DNA of 64,000 nt from an uncultured Phycisphaerales bacterium. GTDB taxonomy: Bacteria; Planctomycetota; B15-G4. Every line of letters starts with the position of its first letter. Position 1 is the first letter of the stretch. The notes beneath the pieces were generated by a model. The model did no database searches and had not been told where the DNA came from. It saw nothing but the letters and a program-made list of their open reading frames with translations. Positions 36,017-45,593 of this stretch are shown here, piece after piece. The translations under genes and the position numbers were made by a program. Where the stretch lies: the NCBI GenBank assembly GCA_964537035.1, contig CAZIAK010000013.1, forward strand, positions 4,826 to 68,825. Reading direction: 5' to 3'.

Positions 36017-37597
36017 CTAGAGCTGGAAGTGGGCCAGAATGCCATTGGACATGGAGCGCCCCGCGACCGCACCACCGTCGACGATGACGAACTGCACGTA
36101 GACATCAAACGGGCCGCCGCCACCAGCCACCGAACCGACCTGCACCTCACCGTTGCTGTCCGTGGTGAAAGGCCCGATGAGGAAGTCTGGGGCCGGCACC
36201 AGGATGCCACCGGAGAACGGCGCGAAGACCGAGTTGAGCGAGAAGACCAGGAATGCCGGAGCAGAGGGCAGGGCGTCGGTCAGGTTGAAGTCAGCGGTAC
36301 CGCCCGTGGACAGATCGCCACAGGCTTCGAGGGCAGGCTCCAGGCCGCCCGTACCCGCCAGAGCGTTGCCCAGGTCGGTGGCCACGGAGACGCAGCCCCC
36401 GGCCAGGGGCAGCTGAAAGTCAGCGATCACCGGGCGGTGGTCAGAGGCGATGCCCGACGCCAACTGGTAGTTGATAAAGAAGCCCGACAGCTCAGGAGGT
36501 TCGAGGCCAGAGGGCACCGGCGTCGAGTTGAAGACGATCGAGTGGCGCAGGGTGGCGATGCTGTCCTGCCAGGAGATGTAGTCGAGCTTGCTGGACGACT
36601 GGGTGCTGATGTTCCCGGTGAAAAACTCGGCAGAGGCATCGTAGGTCATGTCGGAACCATCCCTGTCCGTCCCGTCAGTTCCGCCCGTCACAGCCGCCCT
36701 CGTGATCCAGCTAGCTGGGCCCTTGCCAAAGACCCCTTCGTGCTCGTTCCAGTCGCCACCGGCCATGACCACCGTGTCGGCGGAGACCAGCGTGGTAGCG
36801 GCGGGGCTCAAGATCTTGCTGTTGGGGTCGGCGGCACCTCCTCCGAGACCGTTGAACATGGCGTCGATGTAGTAGGCGATGTTCTGGCCCGCCGCCACGC
36901 GCTGGTCGTGGTCGCTGCCGCCACCGCCAGCCTTCAGGTGGCTGTTGCCGATGACCAGGTCGCCCGTGTAGGTGCTGTCGGGAAGGTCAATCTCTGTGTG
37001 CATGAAGCCACGGATGCCGCCGTTGACACCGGGAGAGTAGAGGTCGCCCAACTGCAAGAAGTCGTTCAGCTGGTCGACGCCGTCACCGTTGAGGTCGGCG
37101 AAGGGGTAGCGGCTCATGATCACGTTGCGGTTGAAGCCATCGGTGATGCCGCTGACGAAGACGAAAGGTAGATCGTAGGACGGTGCGTAGAGCTGCACGT
37201 AGGCAGCCACCGCCGCGCCCCCGTTGAAGGGGTCGTTGCCGCCGTGCATGAACAGATCGAGCACGGTCTCCATGGTGCTCACGGAGTCAGCGCCGGATCC
37301 CGTCCCGTTACCCGAGTTGTCCGCGCACTCTTGGAGCAGCAGGACGTCGGGCTGGAAGGACGCCACGATCCGCGCCAGGGCCTCCCAGTTGGTCAGCCCC
37401 GCTGCCTTGGCGTTGGTCGAGCACAGACCGTCCTCGACGTTCCAGGTCATGACCCTTAGGTCGCTCGGATCGGTCTTGGTCCAGTCGCCAGCGGCCGGGT
37501 TCCATTGTGCCGCTGCGGGGAGGCTGACCAGACAAAGTGCGAGAGCGGCTGTCACGTAGCGCCACGACGCACGACGGAAGAACGAGAGAGACATCAT
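36017..37597 (-). CDS. Secreted endonuclease/exonuclease/phosphatase (EEP) family protein carrying the shared C-terminal module
   Basis: Signal peptide, EEP N-terminal motif LRVMTWNVEDG and C-terminal signature SDHRPVIADF. The last 88-115 aa match the tails of the CDSs at 43002-45326 and 57790-59874. Confidence 0.85.
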   Translation of the reverse strand: MMSLSFFRRASWRYVTAALALCLVSLPAAAQWNPAAGDWTKTDPSDLRVMTWNVEDGLCSTNAKAAGLTNWEALARIVASFQPDVLLLQECADNSGNGTGSGADSVSTMETVLDLFMHGGNDPFNGGAAVAAYVQLYAPSYDLPFVFVSGITDGFNRNVIMSRYPFADLNGDGVDQLNDFLQLGDLYSPGVNGGIRGFMHTEIDLPDSTYTGDLVIGNSHLKAGGGGSDHDQRVAAGQNIAYYIDAMFNGLGGGAADPNSKILSPAATTLVSADTVVMAGGDWNEHEGVFGKGPASWITRAAVTGGTDGTDRDGSDMTYDASAEFFTGNISTQSSSKLDYISWQDSIATLRHSIVFNSTPVPSGLEPPELSGFFINYQLASGIASDHRPVIADFQLPLAGGCVSVATDLGNALAGTGGLEPALEACGDLSTGGTADFNLTDALPSAPAFLVFSLNSVFAPFSGGILVPAPDFLIGPFTTDSNGEVQVGSVAGGGGPFDVYVQFVIVDGGAVAGRSMSNGILAHFQL

Positions 37598-37704
37598 CGA
37601 TGAGAACCAGTGTGGAGGACGTCGGGCCTGAAGAGGAGAGCGGGTGAGAAACCACCCGGTGCCCGACTGCGAGCACCATGAAAACTACCAAACAATTGCG
37701 ATTC

Positions 37705-37720
37705 CCGCCGGAATCGGCGG
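37705..37720 (-). terminator. Candidate intrinsic terminator after the giant lipoprotein gene (CCGCCG-gaat-CGGCGG)
   Basis: Perfect 6-bp stem with a tetraloop, about 90 nt downstream of the stop at 37810. On the minus strand it is followed by the relatively T-rich gaatcgcaattgtttggtagtttt. Confidence 0.45.
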
Positions 37721-37809
37721 CTCTGGGGCCCAGGCGACGAGGGGCGGCTCACAGCCGCACCTCAGCGTCTTGGCCTCACAGAGAATCTAGCCCAAGAATG
37801 ACACGCCGG

Positions 37810-40800
37810 TCAGTAGCGGGCCCGCAAGCGCACGAAGTCCACCTGTGGACGGGCCGAGTCGGGGCCGAAAGGAGCCAGCTGAGGCTGGGCGGAGAGGTCG
37901 AATTCGACCTGGAAACGCACCAGGGGGTAGCCATCCAGGTCGGTCAGGTCAGAGACCCAGGCCGTGGTGGTGGTCGTATCCGGTACGTCAGAACCAGCCA
38001 CGATCGGGTAGGCCCCCTGGAACAACAGCCGCACGTGGGCGTTGTCGCTGAGCACGTCCTCCAGGCCCAACTCGTCTTCAGGCGAGTCGACCTTGATGTC
38101 GTTGTACGGCGGGGCGTTGGGCCCAGGACCCAGCCCAGGATCATCGAACCCGGCGTCGATGACGTACCGAGCGGGCACGGGGGCTGCGGGCACCGCACCA
38201 CCGACCCGGACCCGGCCCTCTTCTCCGGCTGGCACAGCGCCCAGGGCCGCCACGTTGGACGTGCCGTGAATGGGCTCGAAGAACGGCGGCGTGACACCGC
38301 CAGAGCGCTGCCGCAGGGTCACTCCATTGAAGTTCAACCAGACCGAGACTCCGCGGCTCGAGGCACCGAAGGGAGGGGGCACCCGATCCACAGGGATCAC
38401 CGGCAGGCGATCGACCAGGTTGGTGGGCTCGAAGACGTCCTGCCCGTTGATGTTCGTCTTGAACGGCGTGCCGTCTGGCTCCACCAGCATGATCGAGAAC
38501 GGAATCTGCTGGTCCTTGTAGGTCGTCCCCGGAGTGTCCGGAAAATCAGGGTCTGTGGGCGGGTTGTTCTGCTCGAAGAACGAGCTGTTGTAGCCGTTGT
38601 ATGTCTCCATGACCTTGAACGGCTCAGGCTCAAGAACAACGGGCACCCCCGACGAATCTGCGCTGGCCATCATGGTCGTGTCGAACCAGGTCTGCCCCGA
38701 GCCTGCGGGATACTCGTTGCTGCTCGAGGGACCACTGGCCGTGCCGTCGCTGGGAATCATCGGCGGATAGCTGCCGTTGAGGATGAAGTAGCGATCAGCC
38801 AGCGGCGAGCCCACGCTGCCGGGCTCCGGGTCGTAGAACCTGTAGTGGAGCATGTCGATGTAGCGCAACTCGACGGGCAGGTTGTTCGGCGCCAGGAAGT
38901 CGTTGTGCTCGGACTGCAAGAACTTGTTGTCCCCCGTCCATTGGCCCAGCTTGGCAATGGCCCTCTGGCGAGCAAAGAGGAACGCTCCCTGTTCGATGTC
39001 GGCGACGCCATCGTCGCCGCCCTCCTGAAGTTGGACGAGCCCGAAGCCCCCCTGTCCACCGTCGCTTCTGGTCACCTCGTAGGTGAACGCCGACAGGCTG
39101 CCCGTACCGCCCGCAGCTGTGCGGGCATCTCGGCCGAAGCCACCAGACACTTCGATCGCTGCGCCGAGAGATCCGTCCTTGTCGGCGTAGCCGGCCGACC
39201 GGTGGCCCTGATCCGATTCGACGAGGATCTTTGCACCCGATTGGAGCACGACCGCGCCGCCGCTACCGCCGCCACCACCACCAGAGAAGGCGCTGGTCTT
39301 GACCACTTCGCCGCCACCGCCGTGACCACCGATGGCGTTGATCCGCCCGCTGCGGCCCACGACGATGTCGCCGAAGGAACGGAGCAAGACACTACCGCCG
39401 CCACCACCACCGCCGCCGCCCTTGGCGTCATACAGGGTGGGCGAGACCTGCACACCCAGCACCAACGCCGGGTAGTAGGGAGGCACGGGAAGCCCCGCGC
39501 CCAGGGCGTTGGTGCTCCAGATCGTGTGACGCATCGAGTCGATCCGGCTGCCACCGCCACCACCACCCTGTCCACCGATCAAGACCGACACCTCGCCGCC
39601 TGCCCCGATGAAGTCGTTGGAGTTGTCCCCGTCCTTGAACACGAGGTCGCCGCCTGGCGCGCCCGGCTGCTTGGCCGAGTGGCTGGCAACGGTGCCCTCC
39701 ATGTAGACGCACTGAATGGGCTTGTTGGGGAGCAGACCCGCGGCCACGTTCAGCTCGTTGCCGTAGAGAGCGTCGTTGATCTTGTTGTTCGTCAGGCACC
39801 GGCTGAAGGGGAACCAACTGCTGCTGCTCTCCACCTTGTAGACCCCCGCCCCTTCGTGAGACGTCTGCCCTCTGAAGTAGAAGCTGCCGCCGCCACCCCC
39901 GGGTGGCCTGTGGTGCTCATTGTTGCCAGAGTCCGAGACTTTGGGGAACCCACCACCTGCTGGGTCGTAGCCCAGCGTGCACAGCCCGCCCCAACCGCCG
40001 ACCGGCTGGAAGGTCACAGCGCCAGAAGGCTGCACCACCGGGCCCAACCCTCGGGCGCCCCGCTCTGGTGTGACGTACTGATCGATCGAGCCCGGGCCCT
40101 TGGGGTCGAACAGGGTCGGGTGGCTGTCGCCGCCCCGCCCACCGCCGGGTCCGCCGGGCCCACCTGGCACTGCCAGGAAGCCAGAATTGAAGGTGTCATC
40201 ACCCAGTCCATTGGTACCCGCCACGTCGAGCAAACCATGGATCTCGATGCGCCCGGTGGCCGTGATCTGCAGTGGCCGCGTGCCCTTGGCGACGACTCTC
40301 ACACCTTCGGGGATGATGAAATCCCTGAAAGTGAAGTGCCCACCGTTCACGACGACCTGCTGAGTCACGCCAGGAGTCTCTCCGCCCGGCAGGGGGAAGA
40401 CCTGCTGGTCAGTGTCCAGGAGCACGAAGTCGTAGAAGGCGCCCTTGAGGTTGTAGGACGTCTCGGGCGATCCCTTGGTGGTCTGGTGGCGGCTATGCGC
40501 GACCGTGGGGTTGAAAGCAGGAACGGGCACGGGCATGAAGTCGCCGAGCTGAACCGACTCGTCCACCCCCACCGAGGCCCGCAGGCCGCCCGTGGGCGTA
40601 CCACCCACTCCGGTCCCGGCCCATACAGCCGGCTGGCTGAGGCTCAGGGGCGTCGCCGATTCGAAGGCCTTGGTGAGAAACGTCTCCAAGAACACGTCGT
40701 CGATGAAAGGCCCAGGGTCATCGGTGGGTTCGGCTGTGCTGATGCGCAGCAGCTCGCGAGCACCCATGGGAGGCGCGGGCACCGACGCCATGCCGTCGTT

Positions 40801-42756
40801 GAAACCGTTCACGCCTACCAACGACGTGAAGATGTTGCGTTGCATCACCAAGAGCTCGGCGCCGATGGGCAACACGCCTCTGGGTTCGAGATGCACCACA
40901 GCGCCCGCGCTGTCATTCGTCGCGAGCTGGACATCCAAACCGAGGTTCATGGTGCCCACGGCGATGGCCCGGGGCTGGCCGGTGGAGATCAGCCCTTCCG
41001 ATCCGAGCAGACCCAGGTCGAGATCGATGAGGTCGACTCGTCCCGTGCTCCGATCGAGCGCCAGCAGCTGCCGAGGCGCCGTGAACACAGCGTCGATGTA
41101 GTCTCCCGGAAGGTTCATCACCACGTCTTCGACCAGGCCGCTGAAGAGCCCGTCACTGGCGGCGAACTGACCGTCCCCGTCGAGGTCGATGGGCTCCAGG
41201 CGAATCAGCGACGGGAAGGCGCCAGCGTTCAGCACGGCCAGGGCGTAGAGATGGCCGGAGGGCGCCGCGAGCAGATCGCGAATGTCGAGCAACGACGCCA
41301 CGCCGCCGGGGGTCAGGGGGGCACTGTGGAAGAGCGGTCCTGGTCCGTCCGCGACGGACAATCCGAGCAGGAGCGGCGCTCCGGGGGCGCCCTGCCCAGG
41401 TGCTGGACGGGAACGCACGACGCTGGGTGCCAGCTCTCGAATGGTGCGGTCCTCCCCATCGAAGGCCAGCAAGCGCCCGTCGAGGAGGGTGGTCAGGCCA
41501 ACCAGTTGGTCGTGGCCCGTATCGAGGGCGTCGACCTGACCCACCAACGCAGAGGCCGCTGGCAGGGCAAACGAGGGGTCTCCCAGCAGGTGGTCAATCA
41601 CCGTCAACTGCTGATTGCCCGCAGCGGGGTCCAGCAAGGCGAACAGCAGCGACGGGTCTTTTCCTGGGGACAGACTCGAAGGGACACCCGGAAGCAGCGC
41701 ACCGTTCTTGGCCACCAGGCCGTCCGGTCCGTCGTGCAAGAAGATGTCAGCACCGTCCGCAGCCGGGACAGCCAACGGCACCGGATCGAGCCCAACCAGC
41801 GCTTCGAAGGGCAGGTGCGAACCGAACGTGTCCTGGGCCACCTGCTGGGCCACGATCAAGCGGGTCGCCCGTGTCGACAGGAAGAACGTCGGATCGGAGA
41901 AGCCGTCTCCATCAAGATCGCTACCGATCAGGTTGGCCGTGGTGGGTGCCACCGGCTGATCATAGGTCAGCATGATGTCCGACGGACCGGGCGGATAGCC
42001 TGGCAGGCCCATGTCCGTGATGGAGGCACCAAACGTCGCCGGCTGAAAACTGTCGTTGCCGTCCGCAGGCACGCTGGTCAGAAGCGCCGGCGGAGCTCCT
42101 GCTCCCACGCCCTTTGGATAGTAGGCGGCCTCGTTGGACGTCGTGCCGAACAGCACCTCACCGCCAGGGCCCTGGAGGTTGATGATCTTGGACCCCACCG
42201 CCGTGGAGACCATGGCGTGGTAGGTACTCGCTGGCAGCAGGCCGGGGATGGCGGCTGCCGGCGCGGAGAGGTTTACCTGCAGCGGAGCGGTAGGCACGAA
42301 GGGTCTGAACTCGACCTCGTAGGTGCCAGCCGTCTCATCGACGATCAGGACGTAGTCGCCCTTGGCCAGAATCATCGGGTTCACTGCAGAGGCGTTCGCG
42401 TCAGCCGTGACCTCTGCCGGCGTGGTGAAGACCGGCAGGTTGGTGGACAGGAAAGGCCCCGAGGGCACACCGTCGAAACGGAAGACTATGGTCAGGTCAA
42501 GCGACGCACCCACGGTGGGTGGTGTCGCGGCGCCATCCTCGACCGGCGGCGTGGTCGTCGTCCCGAGCAGGGCCGATTTGAAGGCAAACCCAAGAAACTG
42601 CACCGCGTCGTCGGGCTCTGGCGCAGGCCCACCTCCCACAACGCCAGCACCACCACCGCCTCCACCGCCGCCACCGCCGCCACAGCCCACGAGCAGCAGG
42701 GCGAGCGCGAGACAGAAGGAACGACCGGGAACAACGGATAGCCACGACAGGCGCAT
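37810..42756 (-). CDS. Giant (1648 aa) surface lipoprotein with a poly-Gly tether and glycine-rich beta-helix-like repeats
   Basis: Start trimmed to MRLSWL..LALALLLVGCGGGGGGGGGGG (lipobox, AGGAG 7 nt upstream). Internal runs GGQGGGGGGS, KGGGGGGGGGSVLL and SGGGGGGSGGAVVL alternate with hydrophobic strands. No catalytic motif recognised. Confidence 0.8.
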   Translation of the reverse strand: MRLSWLSVVPGRSFCLALALLLVGCGGGGGGGGGGGAGVVGGGPAPEPDDAVQFLGFAFKSALLGTTTTPPVEDGAATPPTVGASLDLTIVFRFDGVPSGPFLSTNLPVFTTPAEVTADANASAVNPMILAKGDYVLIVDETAGTYEVEFRPFVPTAPLQVNLSAPAAAIPGLLPASTYHAMVSTAVGSKIINLQGPGGEVLFGTTSNEAAYYPKGVGAGAPPALLTSVPADGNDSFQPATFGASITDMGLPGYPPGPSDIMLTYDQPVAPTTANLIGSDLDGDGFSDPTFFLSTRATRLIVAQQVAQDTFGSHLPFEALVGLDPVPLAVPAADGADIFLHDGPDGLVAKNGALLPGVPSSLSPGKDPSLLFALLDPAAGNQQLTVIDHLLGDPSFALPAASALVGQVDALDTGHDQLVGLTTLLDGRLLAFDGEDRTIRELAPSVVRSRPAPGQGAPGAPLLLGLSVADGPGPLFHSAPLTPGGVASLLDIRDLLAAPSGHLYALAVLNAGAFPSLIRLEPIDLDGDGQFAASDGLFSGLVEDVVMNLPGDYIDAVFTAPRQLLALDRSTGRVDLIDLDLGLLGSEGLISTGQPRAIAVGTMNLGLDVQLATNDSAGAVVHLEPRGVLPIGAELLVMQRNIFTSLVGVNGFNDGMASVPAPPMGARELLRISTAEPTDDPGPFIDDVFLETFLTKAFESATPLSLSQPAVWAGTGVGGTPTGGLRASVGVDESVQLGDFMPVPVPAFNPTVAHSRHQTTKGSPETSYNLKGAFYDFVLLDTDQQVFPLPGGETPGVTQQVVVNGGHFTFRDFIIPEGVRVVAKGTRPLQITATGRIEIHGLLDVAGTNGLGDDTFNSGFLAVPGGPGGPGGGRGGDSHPTLFDPKGPGSIDQYVTPERGARGLGPVVQPSGAVTFQPVGGWGGLCTLGYDPAGGGFPKVSDSGNNEHHRPPGGGGGSFYFRGQTSHEGAGVYKVESSSSWFPFSRCLTNNKINDALYGNELNVAAGLLPNKPIQCVYMEGTVASHSAKQPGAPGGDLVFKDGDNSNDFIGAGGEVSVLIGGQGGGGGGSRIDSMRHTIWSTNALGAGLPVPPYYPALVLGVQVSPTLYDAKGGGGGGGGGSVLLRSFGDIVVGRSGRINAIGGHGGGGEVVKTSAFSGGGGGGSGGAVVLQSGAKILVESDQGHRSAGYADKDGSLGAAIEVSGGFGRDARTAAGGTGSLSAFTYEVTRSDGGQGGFGLVQLQEGGDDGVADIEQGAFLFARQRAIAKLGQWTGDNKFLQSEHNDFLAPNNLPVELRYIDMLHYRFYDPEPGSVGSPLADRYFILNGSYPPMIPSDGTASGPSSSNEYPAGSGQTWFDTTMMASADSSGVPVVLEPEPFKVMETYNGYNSSFFEQNNPPTDPDFPDTPGTTYKDQQIPFSIMLVEPDGTPFKTNINGQDVFEPTNLVDRLPVIPVDRVPPPFGASSRGVSVWLNFNGVTLRQRSGGVTPPFFEPIHGTSNVAALGAVPAGEEGRVRVGGAVPAAPVPARYVIDAGFDDPGLGPGPNAPPYNDIKVDSPEDELGLEDVLSDNAHVRLLFQGAYPIVAGSDVPDTTTTTAWVSDLTDLDGYPLVRFQVEFDLSAQPQLAPFGPDSARPQVDFVRLRARY

Positions 42757-42971
42757 CGTTGGGCTCCTGAGATGTCCTGTGAAACCAAGCCGGTTGGCGA
42801 GACGGCCGAAGTCAACGGCGGCCACCGTGGGCTGCCGACTGCCAGGCCGATGATCCGGCCCGAAACGCAAGCCAGCCCCGGGTGATCATCCGATCTCCCG
42901 GGGCCGGTGTCGAGGGTCTGGCGTCCCGAACCGACCGATCACCGATGTATCGACGATCGGCCGGCTCGGGG

Positions 42972-42992
42972 CCTGACAAGAGCCAGGTCAGG
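42972..42992 (-). terminator. Weak hairpin just after the stop of 43002-45326 (CCTGAC-N9-GTCAGG)
   Basis: 6-bp stem about 10 nt downstream of the stop codon. No T-tract. Confidence 0.3.
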
Positions 42993-43001
42993 TTCCTTCG
43001 A

Positions 43002-45326
43002 TCAGGGGGTCGTGCTCTTCACGCCATTGGTGGCGCTGAAGTTCCCGAGAATCGCCGGACCCGTGATCCAGGCCTGCCAGTAGATGTCGAAACAGCTCGG
43101 GAGCCCGGCCGGCCAGGTCGCCGACACGACGAACTCGCCAGCGAAGGTCGGGATCGCCGGCAGGATGAAGTCCGGACTCGGCACCAGGGTGCCGAACTTG
43201 AAGGGCGAGAAGATCCCGTTGAAGCCCGCGATCATGAAGAAGATCTCACCAGGCTGCATGTCGGTCAGGCTGACAGTGTAGTCGTCGCCAGCGGCACCTG
43301 AACCCGTGAAGCCCAGACGGGGCTCAACGAAGCCGGGGCCGGGGCCCGCCTTGGCGTTGTCCAGGTTCTCCCACTCAGCGACGCCAACGTAGAGCAGCAC
43401 GTTGTAGTCCTCGTCTGAGCCAAGAGCAGCACAGTCGTCGAAGGAGCCGTCACCATCCGTGTCGTAGATGATCGACGCAGAGATGACCACGCCACCCATG
43501 GCCCGGTTGTCGTTGGTATCCAGGGCAGAGTTGTTCATCGCGCCATGAGCGACGTCGCTCATGTTGCCCGACCAGCTCGCGCCCGACGACACCGAGTTGC
43601 TGTCGGCGATGCCCATGAACGTGATCAGGTAATCGAGATCACTGTTCTCTCCGTGGAAGATGTCGCCGGTCTTGAAGACCAGGTCGAGCTCGTAGGAGAA
43701 GGTGGCCGGATCATAGATGGCGCGGACCAAGCCCGTGGCATCGTCGCCCAGTGGCATGGGATCGTTGGTGTGCAACGAAGCCAGGAAGTACACGTTGCCC
43801 ACCGAGTCGAACATGGGAGCCGAGAAGGAGGGCCCAAGAGGCACGCCACCGGTGAGGGTGTTCAGCGGGATCAGGTTTCCGATGGGAGTCCCACCGGGAC
43901 CGTCCAGGATCTCCTTGCCCGTGACGCCGTCGTTCCAGCCAGCCAGGGTCCAGGTCTGGGCGCCGGTGACAGCATCGGTCTTGCACACGCCCACAGCGTT
44001 GACGGGCCAGTCAGAACCGCCATCGAGGGGGTGATCAAAGACAGCAGCAACGAGCAGGTCACCGTTCTGGTCGACGCGCACCGAAGCCTGGGAGTTGCCA
44101 CCTTGGAAGGCCGTCTGGCTGTGGTAGTGATCGAACTCAAGGGTGCCAGCCGGGCCCAGCGTGGTGAAGCCGTCGCTGTTGTCGGTGATGCTCGCAGGCA
44201 GCTGGCAGGTGGCCGTGCCGGTGACGCCACCGTTGGCGTCGAGACCCCACAAGGCGATGTGGTCCTTCATGCCTGAGACCGCGTCTTCGCCGATGGTGCT
44301 ACCGATGCCGGCCGTGCTGTTCAGCGTGCCGCCGAAGTTGTCGGAGTTGTAGCCCTGCACACCGCGGGTGCCGCTGAGGACAGCCGAGATGAACGCGCCA
44401 GTGGCGTTGACACTACCCGCTTCACCGCGCACGAACTGCGTGAGGAAGTTGGTGCCCAGGTAGAAGTCAGCGTTGTTGGTGTTGAGCGCCGGGGGCAGGT
44501 TGTTCGGCGTGGTGTGCACATCGGCCGAGTTGATCACGTAGTGGCCCAAAGCGCCCAGATCCTTCTGACCTACCGCGTCATCGCTGATCACGTTGAGCAC
44601 GGCGCCGTTACGGGCGGTGGTGGACACACTGAAGATGTTGTTGCCCGGGAGAACGGTCAGACCGCCGCCACCCGTGGCACCAAAACCGTCGGCGCGGAAG
44701 AAGATCGAGCCCTCTTCGTTCACCGAGCCAATGCCCAGCGCTGCGAGGTTGCTGGCCGCGTTGCCACCGTTGGTGGCAGCCATGACCTTGCTCACGTACA
44801 GACGACCAGGGTTGCCCGGATCGAAGTTGACCGTGGCACCGATCAGGCCGGTGTAGCTGGACAGGGCGTCGGTGGTGCCGAACTCGGCCATGACCACACC
44901 GAACTGGTTCATGTCACAGGGTGCGGAGACAGTGCCGGGGGCCGTGTGCACCGCAGGGTCGTTGTTCACACCAGAGCCGGCGGTCTTCCAGACCTGGTAG
45001 CTCTTCGACGAGGTGGTGCCGACCTTCTGCAGGCGGCTGATGCCTTGGGCCGACAGCAGGCTGGCGTTGAAAGCGGTGCTCGACTTGCTCGACTTGAGCA
45101 GGGGAGCGATGCCGTAGGTCACACCCCAGCGGGTCTCGAAGGGGTTCAGATCGACGACGAAGTCATCGGTCTGCTCCGATCCGTTGGTGGCAGTAGCGTC
45201 ATCCCAGGGAGTGGTGGCGTCACCGCCGGAGCAGGTCGTCAGGGCGACGCTGTCCTGAGCAGTGGCCGCAGGGGCGAGGAGAGCACCCGCCGCGAGAAGC
45301 GCGATGGAACGAAGACTCGGTGACAT
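43002..45326 (-). CDS. Secreted protein (774 aa), unknown function, carrying the shared C-terminal module
   Basis: Start trimmed to MSPSLRSIALLAAGALLAPAATAQD (GAGGA 8 nt upstream). Rich in G/T/S/N/D. The last 88 aa align with the EEP and FG-GAP tails (PFKFGTLVPSPDF...). Confidence 0.75.
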   Translation of the reverse strand: MSPSLRSIALLAAGALLAPAATAQDSVALTTCSGGDATTPWDDATATNGSEQTDDFVVDLNPFETRWGVTYGIAPLLKSSKSSTAFNASLLSAQGISRLQKVGTTSSKSYQVWKTAGSGVNNDPAVHTAPGTVSAPCDMNQFGVVMAEFGTTDALSSYTGLIGATVNFDPGNPGRLYVSKVMAATNGGNAASNLAALGIGSVNEEGSIFFRADGFGATGGGGLTVLPGNNIFSVSTTARNGAVLNVISDDAVGQKDLGALGHYVINSADVHTTPNNLPPALNTNNADFYLGTNFLTQFVRGEAGSVNATGAFISAVLSGTRGVQGYNSDNFGGTLNSTAGIGSTIGEDAVSGMKDHIALWGLDANGGVTGTATCQLPASITDNSDGFTTLGPAGTLEFDHYHSQTAFQGGNSQASVRVDQNGDLLVAAVFDHPLDGGSDWPVNAVGVCKTDAVTGAQTWTLAGWNDGVTGKEILDGPGGTPIGNLIPLNTLTGGVPLGPSFSAPMFDSVGNVYFLASLHTNDPMPLGDDATGLVRAIYDPATFSYELDLVFKTGDIFHGENSDLDYLITFMGIADSNSVSSGASWSGNMSDVAHGAMNNSALDTNDNRAMGGVVISASIIYDTDGDGSFDDCAALGSDEDYNVLLYVGVAEWENLDNAKAGPGPGFVEPRLGFTGSGAAGDDYTVSLTDMQPGEIFFMIAGFNGIFSPFKFGTLVPSPDFILPAIPTFAGEFVVSATWPAGLPSCFDIYWQAWITGPAILGNFSATNGVKSTTP

Positions 45327-45593
45327 GCTTGAAATCCTCAAGGGTGTGAGTGGGTCTTGTTGAGTGATCGGGTCATGCCTGACGTCGTCGAAGCCGCGCC
45401 ACGACAGGGTCAAGCGAGGGAGTTCTCCCGGAACGCTACGTTGCCCGGATGAACGAGCCATGAAGAGCCCGAATCCAGAAGATCGCAATGCCCGCGGGAC
45501 AGCCAAATGTACCCGAAGAATGGCACTCGGTGGAGATTGGTCCCCCGCCTGTAGCAGCTCCCGCGACTCGGCCCGGCTGCCATCGGCCAATCC

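Noticed and set aside
37678-42741. 1687-aa ORF on the plus strand, almost exactly mirroring the giant minus-strand gene
   Set aside because: The product is a monotonous R/G/H/V/E/Q-rich sequence with no signal peptide, TM helix or motif. The minus-strand product has an SD-linked start, a lipobox and domain-like composition. Long antisense ORFs are expected in very GC-rich DNA because stop codons are rare.
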